From a virus: a stretch of DNA of 64,000 nt. The position numbers were made by a program, and so were the translations under genes. The stretch is taken from positions 32,001 to 96,000 of IMG/VR virus record IMGVR_UViG_3300032287_002972; one strand, given 5' to 3'. Of this stretch, positions 1-10,466 are shown piece after piece. Position 1 is the stretch's first letter; every line of letters starts with the position of its first letter. A model generated the notes under the pieces. It did not search any database and was not told the origin of the DNA. It worked only from the letters and a program-made list of their open reading frames with translations.

Positions 1-23
1 GATATATTTATATAATAAAAAAT

Positions 24-1400
24 ATGTCTTATTTTCGTTCGTATTTTAATAAAAATAACACAATACTAAAATTTTCAGCAATAAATACTGCTAAAAATCC
101 AACTACTGAAATATTTTATGGTTCTAGTTTTTCTAAATTTTTATTTAAAGTAGATTTTACTGATATAATCTCAAAAGTTAATAATGGTGATTTAGTTATT
201 GATTCAAATACTAAACATTATTTAAGAATGACAAATACAATATTTGGCGATTCTAAATTAATTGGAGAAAAAAGAAACACGGGAAGACAAAGAACAACAT
301 CATTTGATTTAATTGTTTTTAAAATTTCAGAAAATTGGGATGAGGGTGTTGGATTTGATTATGAAGATGGTGGATATGACTATACTTATGGGAATAATAC
401 CTTTGACATAAGACCATCAAATTGGTATAACAGAACAACATTGAATCAATGGGCAATTCCTGGTGTTTATTCAACTTCACCAGATATAATTGCAACAATT
501 CATTTTGATAATGGTAATGAAGATATAAATCAAGACATTACAGAATATGTTAACGGTATTATTGTTTCAGGTAACACTAATCATGGTTTAGGTTTAGCAT
601 TTGCTCTTTTATATGAAGACATAAATGATGAATATGACCAATCTGTATCGTTTTTTACAAAGTATACACAAACATTTTATGAACCTTTTGTTGAATCTGT
701 TTTTGAAGATTTAATAGAAGACCATAGACAAAATTTTATTGGTGATAGAGAAAATAATCTATATTTATATGTCACAAAGGGTAGTAATTTTTATGACTTA
801 GATGAATTACCTGTTGTTGATATTTTAAACAGTTCAGGATTATCTATTACAGGATTAACTGGACTTACAACAACAAAAATTAAAAAAGGTATCTATAAAG
901 TTACTTTTGGGATAACAGGTGAATTATGTGATGGTAAAAGATTCTTTTATGATAAATGGAAAAATTTAATAATTGATGATGTTACAATATCTGACGTTAC
1001 ACAAAAATTTGTACCTAAACCTTTCTCAAGTTATTATTCATTTGGGTCTAATCCAACAGATTCACAAAATTTTATTATACAATTTTCAGGAATAAAACAA
1101 AATGATAAAATCATAAGAGGTGAATTAAAAAAGATTGTTATTGATTTTAAATCAATTGAAATCTCTAAATCACAAATATTCGAAAATGTTTTTTATAGAA
1201 TATTTATAAAAGAAGGTAAAACCAATGTGATTGTTTATGATTGGACTAAATTAGATATGACAACTAATGAAAATTCATTCTATTTAGATACGTCATTTAT
1301 GATACCTAGAGAGTATTTTATAGAATTTAAAGCATTAACATATACTGAGGAAATTTTTTATCCTAACTATATTAAATTTGAAATAATATCAGAAAAATAA
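24..1400 (+). CDS. probable virion structural protein
   Basis: 458 aa, beta-rich and aromatic/acidic (ENWDEGVGFDY, SNW..W); TATTTATA motif at 5-12 upstream. Confidence 0.4.
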   Translation: MSYFRSYFNKNNTILKFSAINTAKNPTTEIFYGSSFSKFLFKVDFTDIISKVNNGDLVIDSNTKHYLRMTNTIFGDSKLIGEKRNTGRQRTTSFDLIVFKISENWDEGVGFDYEDGGYDYTYGNNTFDIRPSNWYNRTTLNQWAIPGVYSTSPDIIATIHFDNGNEDINQDITEYVNGIIVSGNTNHGLGLAFALLYEDINDEYDQSVSFFTKYTQTFYEPFVESVFEDLIEDHRQNFIGDRENNLYLYVTKGSNFYDLDELPVVDILNSSGLSITGLTGLTTTKIKKGIYKVTFGITGELCDGKRFFYDKWKNLIIDDVTISDVTQKFVPKPFSSYYSFGSNPTDSQNFIIQFSGIKQNDKIIRGELKKIVIDFKSIEISKSQIFENVFYRIFIKEGKTNVIVYDWTKLDMTTNENSFYLDTSFMIPREYFIEFKALTYTEEIFYPNYIKFEIISEK

Positions 1401-1410
1401 ATTTAAAATT

Positions 1411-1893
1411 ATGAAAAATATTAAAACAATTATTAAAAAACAATTAAAAAATATATCCGAATCTGCGTATAGTGAAGAGAATTATATGTTTTTTGAAAAC
1501 ATTTCTCAGATACATAGACAATGTGAGATTTTATTAAAAATGGATGAGAATGAAGTTGATTCAATCTTACAAAATGGTCACGATTGGGCAGATGATCATA
1601 TTTCAGAAGCTAAAACAAATATTGACCAAGTTTTCGATTTTTTAATGAATGAAACTGAAAGTACAGATAAAAAACCTAAAATGGATTCAAGATTAGAACC
1701 AAACATGGATACATTTAGTTTAAATGAAAATGAAGTGATTGATGAGTCTAAAAATAAACCAACTAACCCTAAACTATGGGCAGCGTCTTTAGCTTGGGCT
1801 AAAACTAAATATGATGTTTGTCCAAGTGCATATTGTAATGGTGCCGCTGCTAAAAGATATAAATCAAAAGGTGGTGGATGGAGAAAAAAGTAA
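1411..1893 (+). CDS. hypothetical protein with a basic, Cys-containing C-terminal domain
   Basis: acidic N-terminal half; C-terminal NKPTNPKLW...CPSAYCNG...GGGWRKK module follows IDE. Confidence 0.5.
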   Translation: MKNIKTIIKKQLKNISESAYSEENYMFFENISQIHRQCEILLKMDENEVDSILQNGHDWADDHISEAKTNIDQVFDFLMNETESTDKKPKMDSRLEPNMDTFSLNENEVIDESKNKPTNPKLWAASLAWAKTKYDVCPSAYCNGAAAKRYKSKGGGWRKK

Positions 1894-1909
1894 ATAAAAA
1901 AATAAAAAT

Positions 1910-2875
1910 ATGAAAATATTAGTAACCGAAGAAGATTTAAAATACATAGAGGAATCTATTATGAATGGTCTAATTATTAAAGAAGACCTAAGAAGGTGGT
2001 TCAAGGAAAAATGGGTGGACGTATCTAAAAAGGTAGGTGGTAAACATCCTCCTTGTGGTAGAAAAGAGGCAAAAGATAAAGGGTATCCAAAATGTAGACC
2101 ATCTAAGAAAGTATCAAAAGACACACCAAAAACTGCTGGTTCATATTCAAAGAAAGAAAAAAAATCAATGACTTCTCAAAAAAGAAGTGCCGAAAAAAAA
2201 GACCCAAAAGTAGGTAAAGGTAATTTACCTACAATGACTAGATTTGATGAGAATAGAGTAATAAATTTGAAATTACCTGAAATAAGTGAAAAAAATCTAC
2301 CACCTACATTAAATGTATTAAATGAATCAGAAATAAATCTGAGTGAAGGACTACAATATCATTTAAAAAATGAAAAACAAATCATTGAAAATGTGTACAG
2401 AGTTTATTCAGAAAAATTTTTTAAATTATTTAATGAATCAAGAGAATTGGTAAATAAAAACATATTAAATGTTTTTGGTGATGATAAAGTACTTTTAAAA
2501 ACTGATATAGGTAAAACAGGTATATATGAAGGTATTGAGGTTTATTTAGATATACCATTTGTTTTAGATGAAGAAGAATATTTAGTTGAAGCAAAACATA
2601 GAGGTAAAGAAGTTAAATTAAACAAACCATTTAGAACACCAGGTGGTCCGAAAAAATTTGCGGTTTATGTTAAAAGTCCAAGTGGTAACATTAAAAAAGT
2701 TACTTTTGGTGATCCTAATTTGAAAGTTAGAAATAATAATAAAGTAGCTGCTAAATCATTTAGGGCAAGACACAAATGTGACCAAAAGAAAGATAGGACA
2801 ACCTCTGGATGGTGGAGTTGCAATGTGTCTAGATATAGGAAGGTGCTCGGTATCAAAAGTTCAAATCCTTGGTAG
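1910..2875 (+). CDS. multi-module hypothetical protein (two basic Cys-containing modules, ITE-type leader)
   Basis: MKILVTEEDLK leader; LRRWFKEKWVDV...CGR...YPKCRP and KKFAVYVK...FGD...FRARHKC...WSC modules. Confidence 0.55.
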   Translation: MKILVTEEDLKYIEESIMNGLIIKEDLRRWFKEKWVDVSKKVGGKHPPCGRKEAKDKGYPKCRPSKKVSKDTPKTAGSYSKKEKKSMTSQKRSAEKKDPKVGKGNLPTMTRFDENRVINLKLPEISEKNLPPTLNVLNESEINLSEGLQYHLKNEKQIIENVYRVYSEKFFKLFNESRELVNKNILNVFGDDKVLLKTDIGKTGIYEGIEVYLDIPFVLDEEEYLVEAKHRGKEVKLNKPFRTPGGPKKFAVYVKSPSGNIKKVTFGDPNLKVRNNNKVAAKSFRARHKCDQKKDRTTSGWWSCNVSRYRKVLGIKSSNPW

Positions 2876-2888
2876 TAAATAAAAAAAT

Positions 2889-3155
2889 ATGGAATTACCT
2901 TTTTCTGAAAAAATAAATAATGGGTTTTATATTAGAACATTTTTATCAGATTTAAATGAAAATGAATTGAAATGGCATTTTGATGAAGAAGATAGAATTG
3001 TTATATGTGAAAACGATACTGATTGGTTATTTCAATTTGATAATGAATTACCAATTACCATAAATAAAAATAAACCAATCTTTATCCAAAAAAATATTTA
3101 TCATAGGATAATAAAAGGGACTAATAATTTAAAACTTAAAATTAAAAAACTATGA
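2889..3155 (+). CDS. small cupin-like protein
   Basis: WHFDEEDR and IFIQKNIYHRIIKG resemble cupin motifs 1 and 2. Confidence 0.55.
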   Translation: MELPFSEKINNGFYIRTFLSDLNENELKWHFDEEDRIVICENDTDWLFQFDNELPITINKNKPIFIQKNIYHRIIKGTNNLKLKIKKL

Positions 3156-4204
3156 AACTAATCACTTTATTAGAAAGTAAACAAACTGAAGAACTTGGAA
3201 AAAATATCCTTAAAGGTAAAGGAATATCTGAAAATAATATTGAAAATATTGTAAATGATTTTAAAAATGGAGATACGTCTCAAAATCAAAAAAATATTCC
3301 AATAATGTGTTTTTTTTATAATCCAGATACATCCACTAATCAAATTATTAGTGAGATAAATGATTTTAATCTATTAATGGATAATAGAAAAATCACTACT
3401 GAAAATTTTGGTAAAAAAGGGTTAACAATTAAGTACAAAGGCACTAATGGAGAAGATATTGAAAAAACATATACACCAAATGATTGGTTATCTTTTACCG
3501 AACTTATTCATGGTCAATTACAAATTTTTAATAGATCTAGAGAGAAATCTTCAGAATATGAAACTACTAAATATGATGAAGAAAAATCTGCTAACTTACC
3601 AATATACATGAAAGGAGATAATATTAATGTATATGAAGCTAAAGGTAAAAAAGATTGTATTAATTATACACACAGTTTAACAAATAAAACTTATACTTTT
3701 TGTATTGGTAGAACTGAACCATCACAAAATATGTATAATAGTTATAGAAATACTAGATCAGCTAAATTTTATTATATTGTAGATTTAAATAAAATGGATA
3801 AACCAAATGATCCATTACATATGGTTGTCTTACAAACAAATTTATTACCACAAAAAAGTATTACTTTAACGGATGCAAATAATACTTCTGGTAACATTGC
3901 GGAATATGGATCAGATGTTGATGGATATTTAGAATATTTAAAGTCAAAAGGTATTGATACGGATAAATTTGAATATTCTGAATTAACTGAAACTGAAAAG
4001 TATACAAATAGATTGGTTGGTCACTCAATTAATGAGTTAGAAACTCTTTTAAATTTAGATAACCCATCAAATCCAAACTACAAAAAACCTGATATTGAAA
4101 TTGAATCTGATTTAGAAAATTATTATTTAGGTCAATATATTGACCGTGGTCACACTTTAACCGATAAACAATTTGATTACTTCTTGAGTGTAAGTAAAAA
4201 TTAA
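3152..4204 (+). CDS. hypothetical protein (PcfJ/GNAT-like core, MKLxxLLE leader)
   Basis: FCIG...YNSYR...FYYIVD resembles WCV...RYR...FYFVID of 42910..44547. Confidence 0.4.
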   Translation: MKLITLLESKQTEELGKNILKGKGISENNIENIVNDFKNGDTSQNQKNIPIMCFFYNPDTSTNQIISEINDFNLLMDNRKITTENFGKKGLTIKYKGTNGEDIEKTYTPNDWLSFTELIHGQLQIFNRSREKSSEYETTKYDEEKSANLPIYMKGDNINVYEAKGKKDCINYTHSLTNKTYTFCIGRTEPSQNMYNSYRNTRSAKFYYIVDLNKMDKPNDPLHMVVLQTNLLPQKSITLTDANNTSGNIAEYGSDVDGYLEYLKSKGIDTDKFEYSELTETEKYTNRLVGHSINELETLLNLDNPSNPNYKKPDIEIESDLENYYLGQYIDRGHTLTDKQFDYFLSVSKN

Positions 4205-4218
4205 TTTAAGATAATGTT

Positions 4219-4917
4219 ATGAAACATTCTGAAGTATTAAGTAGATATGTAAATACTGGGTCAAAAATTCCAGAAGAACAATTTAATCAACTAACACCAT
4301 CATTGAAGAAGTCTTATATGAGGATGAGAAGTGTTGCAGGATACTCTGATTGGGAATTCGAATATTTAACTGATGATGAAAGAATAAAATTTATTGCAAA
4401 AAAAGGTAAAGAATTAGATGGTGATGAAATATATTTATTACTTGAATCTTCAAAAGATAAAGACCTTATTATAACAAAAATTATCAAGGTAAAAGATAGT
4501 ACAACATTACATTTCTTTGACATGAGTGTTATTGATAATGGTTTAGGTGCAGTAGAGTTTCTACTTCAATATTCAAATAATAAAGACCTTATTGCCACGA
4601 AAATTATTGAAAAAATAGGTTATGAATTAGATAATTATGAAATATATTTTTTACTTAAATATTCAGTTAATAAAGATGATATTGCGATAAAAATTATTAA
4701 TGAAAAAGATGGTGAGATAATTTTTAATGAATGTAAATATTTACTTTTTTATTCAAAAGATAAAGAATTAATAAAGAAATTATTATTACAAAATGGTGTT
4801 GATTATAAACATATAAATTATGAGATAACAAGGTATAATATAGATACCCCATTAATACCTGATGATTACCAATCAATGTTAAATGAGATAAGAAGGATTA
4901 AAGAAATGATGATATGA
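4219..4917 (+). CDS. MKHSEVL helical-repeat family protein, copy 1
   Basis: conserved N-terminus MKHSEVLSRYVNTG, internal ~35-aa repeats, C-terminus MLNEIRRIKEMMI. Confidence 0.85.
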   Translation: MKHSEVLSRYVNTGSKIPEEQFNQLTPSLKKSYMRMRSVAGYSDWEFEYLTDDERIKFIAKKGKELDGDEIYLLLESSKDKDLIITKIIKVKDSTTLHFFDMSVIDNGLGAVEFLLQYSNNKDLIATKIIEKIGYELDNYEIYFLLKYSVNKDDIAIKIINEKDGEIIFNECKYLLFYSKDKELIKKLLLQNGVDYKHINYEITRYNIDTPLIPDDYQSMLNEIRRIKEMMI

Positions 4918-5684
4918 AACATTCTGAAGTATTAAGTAGATACGTAAATACTGGACAACGAATACCAGAAGAACAATATGACCGTTTAACACCTGTGTTA
5001 AAGAAGTCTTATCTTAGAATGAGAGGTGTTGCGGGTGATTATTTTGAATGGGAATTTAAAGTAATAAGTGATAATGAAAGAATTAAATATATTGAAAAAT
5101 ACGGTGAAAAATTAGATATTAACGACTTACGGTATTTAATTAGTCTCTCAAGTAATAAAGACAATATTATAACAAAAATTATTGATGTAAGAGTTGAAAA
5201 ATTGGATTCTAACGATATATGGGGTTTACTTTATTCTTCAGATAATAAACATGATATTGTGACAAAAATTATTGATGTAAAAGGTAAAAAATTGGATTCA
5301 AGGGAGATAATACCATTAGTTGCTGTTTTAAAAGAAAATAAATATGATACCACACCAAGTATTTTAAAAATTATTGATGTAAAAGGTGATAATTTGGATG
5401 AACATGATACAAACATTTTACTTAAATATTCAGTTAATAAAGATGATATTGCAATAAAAATTATTAATATAAAGGGTGAAAAAATACATTATGATGAAAT
5501 TTATATTTTACTTGAATATTCAAAAGATAAAGAATTAATAAAGAAATTATTATTACAAAATGGTATTGATTATATATTAATAAATGATGTTATAACTAAT
5601 GATGATATAGATACACCATTAATACCAGATGATTACCAATCAATGTTAAATGAGATAAAAAGGATTAAAGAGATAATGAAATAA
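4914..5684 (+). CDS. MKHSEVL helical-repeat family protein, copy 2
   Basis: same termini as copy 1; ATGA overlap with the previous gene. Confidence 0.85.
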   Translation: MKHSEVLSRYVNTGQRIPEEQYDRLTPVLKKSYLRMRGVAGDYFEWEFKVISDNERIKYIEKYGEKLDINDLRYLISLSSNKDNIITKIIDVRVEKLDSNDIWGLLYSSDNKHDIVTKIIDVKGKKLDSREIIPLVAVLKENKYDTTPSILKIIDVKGDNLDEHDTNILLKYSVNKDDIAIKIINIKGEKIHYDEIYILLEYSKDKELIKKLLLQNGIDYILINDVITNDDIDTPLIPDDYQSMLNEIKRIKEIMK

Positions 5685-5690
5685 ATATTT

Positions 5691-6131
5691 TTAATAAAAA
5701 TATACCATAACATTACATTCATTAAATAATTTTATACTTTTTTCTTGAGATTCTTCCCATTTCTCTTTATTCTTTGTTGTACACACTTTTTTACACCAAA
5801 CGATTTGTATCCCCACATTTACAATGGCTCGAGCACAGTCCATACATGGTACTCCAGACGTTAAATAAATCGTTGAGTTTTTTAATGAAACACCAATTCT
5901 AGCTGCATTATAAATAGAATTTCTTTCTGCGTGTTCGATCCAAAAATACTTTTCAGGTCTCTCCTGTCTTTCTTGTTTTGAATCATCTAAACCTCTTGGA
6001 AAAGAATTATAACCTGTAGAAAGAATCTCATTATCTTTACCAACAATTACCGCACCTATTTGTGTCGATTCGTCTTTTGATTTTAATTTTATTTGTTCAG
6101 CAATATTTAAAAAATATTCAGTCCAGTTCAT
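5691..6131 (-). CDS. dCMP deaminase
   Basis: HAERN and PCMDC zinc-binding motifs, TGYN. Confidence 0.92.
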   Translation of the reverse strand: MNWTEYFLNIAEQIKLKSKDESTQIGAVIVGKDNEILSTGYNSFPRGLDDSKQERQERPEKYFWIEHAERNSIYNAARIGVSLKNSTIYLTSGVPCMDCARAIVNVGIQIVWCKKVCTTKNKEKWEESQEKSIKLFNECNVMVYFY

Positions 6132-6325
6132 GATAATTTTTGTTTGGAGATATAATGTACTTTGTTGTTTTGGTATAATCCCATATTTTGGGCAATACCT
6201 TTTTCTACTAATTTACCTATTTCAGTAAAACTTTTGGTGTCATTTAATGAAATTCCAATAATGAATTTTTCATTATCAACTTTTTCATAAGTTACTGGTT
6301 TAATAATTTTACTTTGGTCTTCCAT
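6128..6325 (-). CDS. small hypothetical protein
   Basis: ATGA overlap with the deaminase start. Confidence 0.5.
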   Translation of the reverse strand: MEDQSKIIKPVTYEKVDNEKFIIGISLNDTKSFTEIGKLVEKGIAQNMGLYQNNKVHYISKQKLS

Positions 6326-6412
6326 TTTTTTAAGACAAAAATAGTAATAAAAAAACTTATTAAAAGGGTTTTTTAATAAGTTTTTTTAAAAAATTTTATA
6401 TTTTTTTTAAAA

Positions 6413-7252
6413 TCATAAAATTAATTTACCATTATAGGATTTTGCTTCTGAAAGTATTGATATGGTATTAGTAGAAAATGATATATATCTTTCATACATT
6501 TCTGATAAGAAACCTTGTATTCCACCCACTACATTACCAACACCTTTTGACACGGATTGACCCAATTGACTTGCTGTATTTTGAACTTTCTGAACGGCTG
6601 ATTTAAATGCCCCTTTTGCCCAATTAGATGCGTTTTCCCAAGTAACACCAATTTGATTTTGTATTGATGACCAAGATGTTTTTAAAAAATTACCTAACAT
6701 ACTTGAAAATTCTTTAATACCGGCAGCTGCAATTAAAACTTTTGCAAAAGTTTGTGAACCAAATTGTTTAAATAAGTTTACAGACCATTTAGCAACTGAA
6801 ACAGTTTGGTCACGTAAACTGGCAAATTGTTGTCCAACATATTGCGAACCTTTTTCGATTGCAATACCTGCAAGTTTAAGTGAATCAAGTGTTGCTTGTG
6901 TTGCTTGTGTGTATTGTTTAACTACAGATTTTCCTGTTGCAGATAAAAATTTCAGAATTGCATTTGCCGCTGCTTGTTGAATTTTAAATAAAGTTTTACC
7001 AATTAAAAATACTACAACTGCACCATAAATAATAACTTTAAAACTAAATTTACCGACAGTAATTGTAGTTTCTTTCATACCTTTTGATATTGCAATTGAC
7101 GCCTGATTAACGGCTTGACGTGCTTGTTGTCCTTGAACCATACCCATCTGTTTTCCCTGATTAAATGATGTGGATACTGATTGTTCTTCTATAATTTTTG
7201 AAATCAATTTCCTAAGATCTGATTCAGTTAAGTGGATTATTTTTCTTTTCAT
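6413..7252 (-). CDS. putative head-packaged amphipathic/membrane protein
   Basis: leader IIHLTESDLRKLISKIIEE, hydrophobic segment, Ala/Gln/Ser-rich helices; adjacent to the capsid gene. Confidence 0.5.
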   Translation of the reverse strand: MKRKIIHLTESDLRKLISKIIEEQSVSTSFNQGKQMGMVQGQQARQAVNQASIAISKGMKETTITVGKFSFKVIIYGAVVVFLIGKTLFKIQQAAANAILKFLSATGKSVVKQYTQATQATLDSLKLAGIAIEKGSQYVGQQFASLRDQTVSVAKWSVNLFKQFGSQTFAKVLIAAAGIKEFSSMLGNFLKTSWSSIQNQIGVTWENASNWAKGAFKSAVQKVQNTASQLGQSVSKGVGNVVGGIQGFLSEMYERYISFSTNTISILSEAKSYNGKLIL

Positions 7253-7288
7253 TTTATTAAATTTATATTATATAAATATATGTTAAAT

Positions 7289-7319
7289 AAAAAAACCCCC
7301 GAATGTTCGGGGGTTTTTT
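7289..7319 (-). terminator. intrinsic terminator downstream of the major capsid gene
   Basis: aaaaaacccccgaa-tg-ttcgggggtttttt hairpin with A/T tracts. Confidence 0.8.
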
Positions 7320-7336
7320 ATATATAGATAAAAAAA

Positions 7337-9058
7337 TTATCTTAATGTATCAATTCCAAATGTAGTCAAACCAAATACGTCAATTACACCATAGTAACGG
7401 TTATTAACCATTTTCTTTGCGTAACGAGTCATAATACCCTTAATTGGGGTAAAGTTAAATGGATTGTACATAGTTGGGGTCAACTGTAATGGTACGTAAG
7501 GTGCGTAAATATAACCTGCGTCCAATAATGATTTTCCTTTATGACCAATCATAATTTTACCAGCTGGTAAATATGGGTCACGGAATACTTGGTAACGACC
7601 TGCTAATGAACCAATTTTCTCAATACCCATGTTATATTGGTCTTGTTCAGGATGTGCGTTTGATACGTGGAAATATTCCAAATCATCAAATACCGCAGAT
7701 ACTTCTGAAGATACTACAATCCAGTTAGCACCACCACGAAGAGTTGTCTTATGGATTTGTGCAGAAATTTGGTTAATTTTAGTTACCAATGTTTGGTTCC
7801 AGTCTTTCTGAGTGTAACCTAAATATGGAGTGTTTCCTGTTGCACCATATCTCCATTCGTTATAATCCCACTTACTTCTCCATGCAGCACCCTTACGGAT
7901 ATCACGAAGAATTTCACGGTCAATTTCTGCTGCAATTTGTTCAGACAATAAAGCAGTTAATTCAGCCTCAGCGTCAATGTTATGGAATGCAGAAACGTCT
8001 TGTGCTAGTTCAGGGGACCAGCTTGCTCTTAACTTTCTTTCAGTAACTGATACAGTTACAGACTGAAGGTCAAAAGAAACTTCACCAATTACCTCTTCAA
8101 ATTCAAGAGATGCATATGTGTTATAAGTAATTTTAAAATCACTAATAAGTACAGGGTCAGTTACTGTAAGTGGAGAAAATCCAGCAGTTGTACTATAAGA
8201 TTCTAAATCTACACTTAAATAGATTTTACCTTCTTCATCACAAATATCTTGATATTTCTCTAAGTTAGTACCATTTTTAATTCCGTATTCAACAATACCT
8301 TTTCCGTATTTTTGAGTTACAACGTTAAAGTTTTTAACACCATTTGCGTTTGTACTAGTATTACCTGTAATTTCAACTGATAAAGATGCTAAAAATTCTT
8401 CAGTATCCATAACGTTACCATCAGCACCAATCATTTTACCTTGTCCGGCCTTAGTGAATCCACTAAGTACAAGAATTGTGCTTGAATGTGTTGTTCCGGT
8501 AGCTAACGATGATGTTGATTCTGATGGAACACCCGTATTGAATTGAACAAATGCATATGGGTTAGTTAAAGTGGTAGTTTTAGCTCCCCTTGAATAATCA
8601 AAAAGACCTTGGTCTGCGTCATCACTCTCTTCATAAAAACGGTCATAAAGACTTCTAGAAGAAGTGTAACCAGCAGCAGGGTCACCTTCGTTATTTGGAT
8701 AACCAAAAGGTGCTGATTTCGTGTCTTGAATTTTAGGTATAAAGAAAAATAATTTACCAATAGGTAAATTCATTGCTTGTACAGATACGATATCGTTAGC
8801 TAATAATTTAGAAAACACCCTACGAATAATAGGGAATACAACTGTTTCAAATGAACCACTTGCGTCAGAAACCGCAGCTTCGTTAATTAAATAACTTGCT
8901 TGGTTCTCATATAATTGTGCTACGTTATCTTTTTGATGTCCATCAAGTCCCTCTAGGAAACCTAGGTCATCCCATTTTTTAATGGTATCTTCTTTGATAA
9001 CACGTAGGTGTTTTAAACCAATGTTACCAACAATACCAGATTCTAATAATGCTCCCAT
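7337..9058 (-). CDS. major capsid protein (T4 gp23-like)
   Basis: RKLRASWSPELAQDVSAFHNIDAEAELT, AGYIYAPYVPL, GIMTRYA motifs. Confidence 0.97.
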   Translation of the reverse strand: MGALLESGIVGNIGLKHLRVIKEDTIKKWDDLGFLEGLDGHQKDNVAQLYENQASYLINEAAVSDASGSFETVVFPIIRRVFSKLLANDIVSVQAMNLPIGKLFFFIPKIQDTKSAPFGYPNNEGDPAAGYTSSRSLYDRFYEESDDADQGLFDYSRGAKTTTLTNPYAFVQFNTGVPSESTSSLATGTTHSSTILVLSGFTKAGQGKMIGADGNVMDTEEFLASLSVEITGNTSTNANGVKNFNVVTQKYGKGIVEYGIKNGTNLEKYQDICDEEGKIYLSVDLESYSTTAGFSPLTVTDPVLISDFKITYNTYASLEFEEVIGEVSFDLQSVTVSVTERKLRASWSPELAQDVSAFHNIDAEAELTALLSEQIAAEIDREILRDIRKGAAWRSKWDYNEWRYGATGNTPYLGYTQKDWNQTLVTKINQISAQIHKTTLRGGANWIVVSSEVSAVFDDLEYFHVSNAHPEQDQYNMGIEKIGSLAGRYQVFRDPYLPAGKIMIGHKGKSLLDAGYIYAPYVPLQLTPTMYNPFNFTPIKGIMTRYAKKMVNNRYYGVIDVFGLTTFGIDTLR

Positions 9059-9085
9059 TTTTTAATTTTTTTTAATTTTAATTTT

Positions 9086-10387
9086 TTATTTTAATTTTGA
9101 CATTAAGTCTTTCATTCTCCTAAACTGAGGATTTTCATAAGCTTTTGACTCAGAAAGTACTTGAGTTGAAGAAGAAGTACTAGGACTTGTTCTTAATTTT
9201 TCAACTACAGATTCAGATATTGGTTTTTTATTATCTAAATCATTTTTTAGGTTATTATAAAGATTTTTCGATTCTCTCAATGTTGATACTGAATCAAATT
9301 TCTTTAAAATATCAATTTTTTCTTTTTTAGTTGTGGAATGTTCAGTAAATAAACGAGTTGCATAAGCTAAATTTGCATTAAATACTGCAACTTCATTTAG
9401 TTTATCTTTAAAAAGGATTAATGCTTTTTTATATTCAGCATTTTGTTTTTTTAATTTACTAACTTCTTCATTGATAGCACCTGACGCGAATAATTTTTTA
9501 CTTTTTATTCCTGTTCTATTTGCACCACCTTTGTCTCCGTGTATATTCCATTTAGTTCTTGCTGCTTCATCCACATCACCTTCTGGCGACATCATGTCTT
9601 CGTTATCATCAAGATCTATTTCGTATACTACTTCGTCATCGTTATTAAAATCATCATCCTCATCTATTGGTATATCCATCTCATCATATGAATCGTCATC
9701 TTCGTCTACTGACATATCGTAATCACCGTATGAATCATCATCTTCATCTACTGATAGATCGTATTCACCATATGAATCGTCATCTTCGTCCATATATTCA
9801 TCCATTTCTGATTCGTCTAATTTGATGATATACTCACTATCACCATCTTTAAATTCAATCTGATTGTCGTCTTTTTTCACAATAAACCCATCTTCAGGTT
9901 TCATTGCTTTAAAAATTCTTAAAACTTCTGAAGGACTTGCGTCTGTGGCGTTAAAAACTTCATCATTTGTGTCAGAGTCTCCCATACCCATATCTGGATC
10001 TTCATCATCCACGTCTAGTTCTTCATCATCCATGTCTGGTTCTTCATCATCCATATCGGATTCTTCATCATCCATATCGGATTCTTCATCATCCATATCG
10101 GATTCTTCATCATCCATGTCTGGTTCTTCATCATCCATGTCTGGTTCTTCATCATCCATGTCTTGTTCATCAAGGTCATCATCACCATATGATTCTGGTA
10201 CATCTTTTTTACCTTTCTTAGGAGATTGTTTTAAAACATCCTCCTCTTCTTCCAAAGATTCTTTCAACAAATCATTTAGTTCTTGTTTCATTGTAGAAGC
10301 AAGTATACCTTTTGCGTTTGTTTTTACGGCCTCTTCAAGTGTTTGTATTTGAAGCAATGCTTGTTCTAAAATTGATTTTTCGTTCAT
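9086..10387 (-). CDS. prohead core scaffolding protein (gp22-like)
   Basis: lies between protease and capsid genes; highly acidic with a coiled-coil C-terminal region. Confidence 0.8.
   Translation of the reverse strand: MNEKSILEQALLQIQTLEEAVKTNAKGILASTMKQELNDLLKESLEEEEDVLKQSPKKGKKDVPESYGDDDLDEQDMDDEEPDMDDEEPDMDDEESDMDDEESDMDDEESDMDDEEPDMDDEELDVDDEDPDMGMGDSDTNDEVFNATDASPSEVLRIFKAMKPEDGFIVKKDDNQIEFKDGDSEYIIKLDESEMDEYMDEDDDSYGEYDLSVDEDDDSYGDYDMSVDEDDDSYDEMDIPIDEDDDFNNDDEVVYEIDLDDNEDMMSPEGDVDEAARTKWNIHGDKGGANRTGIKSKKLFASGAINEEVSKLKKQNAEYKKALILFKDKLNEVAVFNANLAYATRLFTEHSTTKKEKIDILKKFDSVSTLRESKNLYNNLKNDLDNKKPISESVVEKLRTSPSTSSSTQVLSESKAYENPQFRRMKDLMSKLK
9992..10159 (-). repeat. 8 x 21-nt coding tandem repeat, (M/V)DDE(E/D)(P/S/L)D
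   Basis: ttcttcatcatccat(g/a)tc units read directly from the sequence. Confidence 0.95.
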
Positions 10388-10466
10388 TTGGAAATTTATT
10401 TCTATATAAATATTGCGTTGTTATAAAAAAATTACTTTTTTAATAACAAAAACCAAAATAAATTAA

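Noticed and set aside
9471-10352. Ser-rich, HHP-repeat and WMMKN-repeat ORFs
   Set aside because: Antisense or alternate-frame shadows of the scaffold's acidic repeats.
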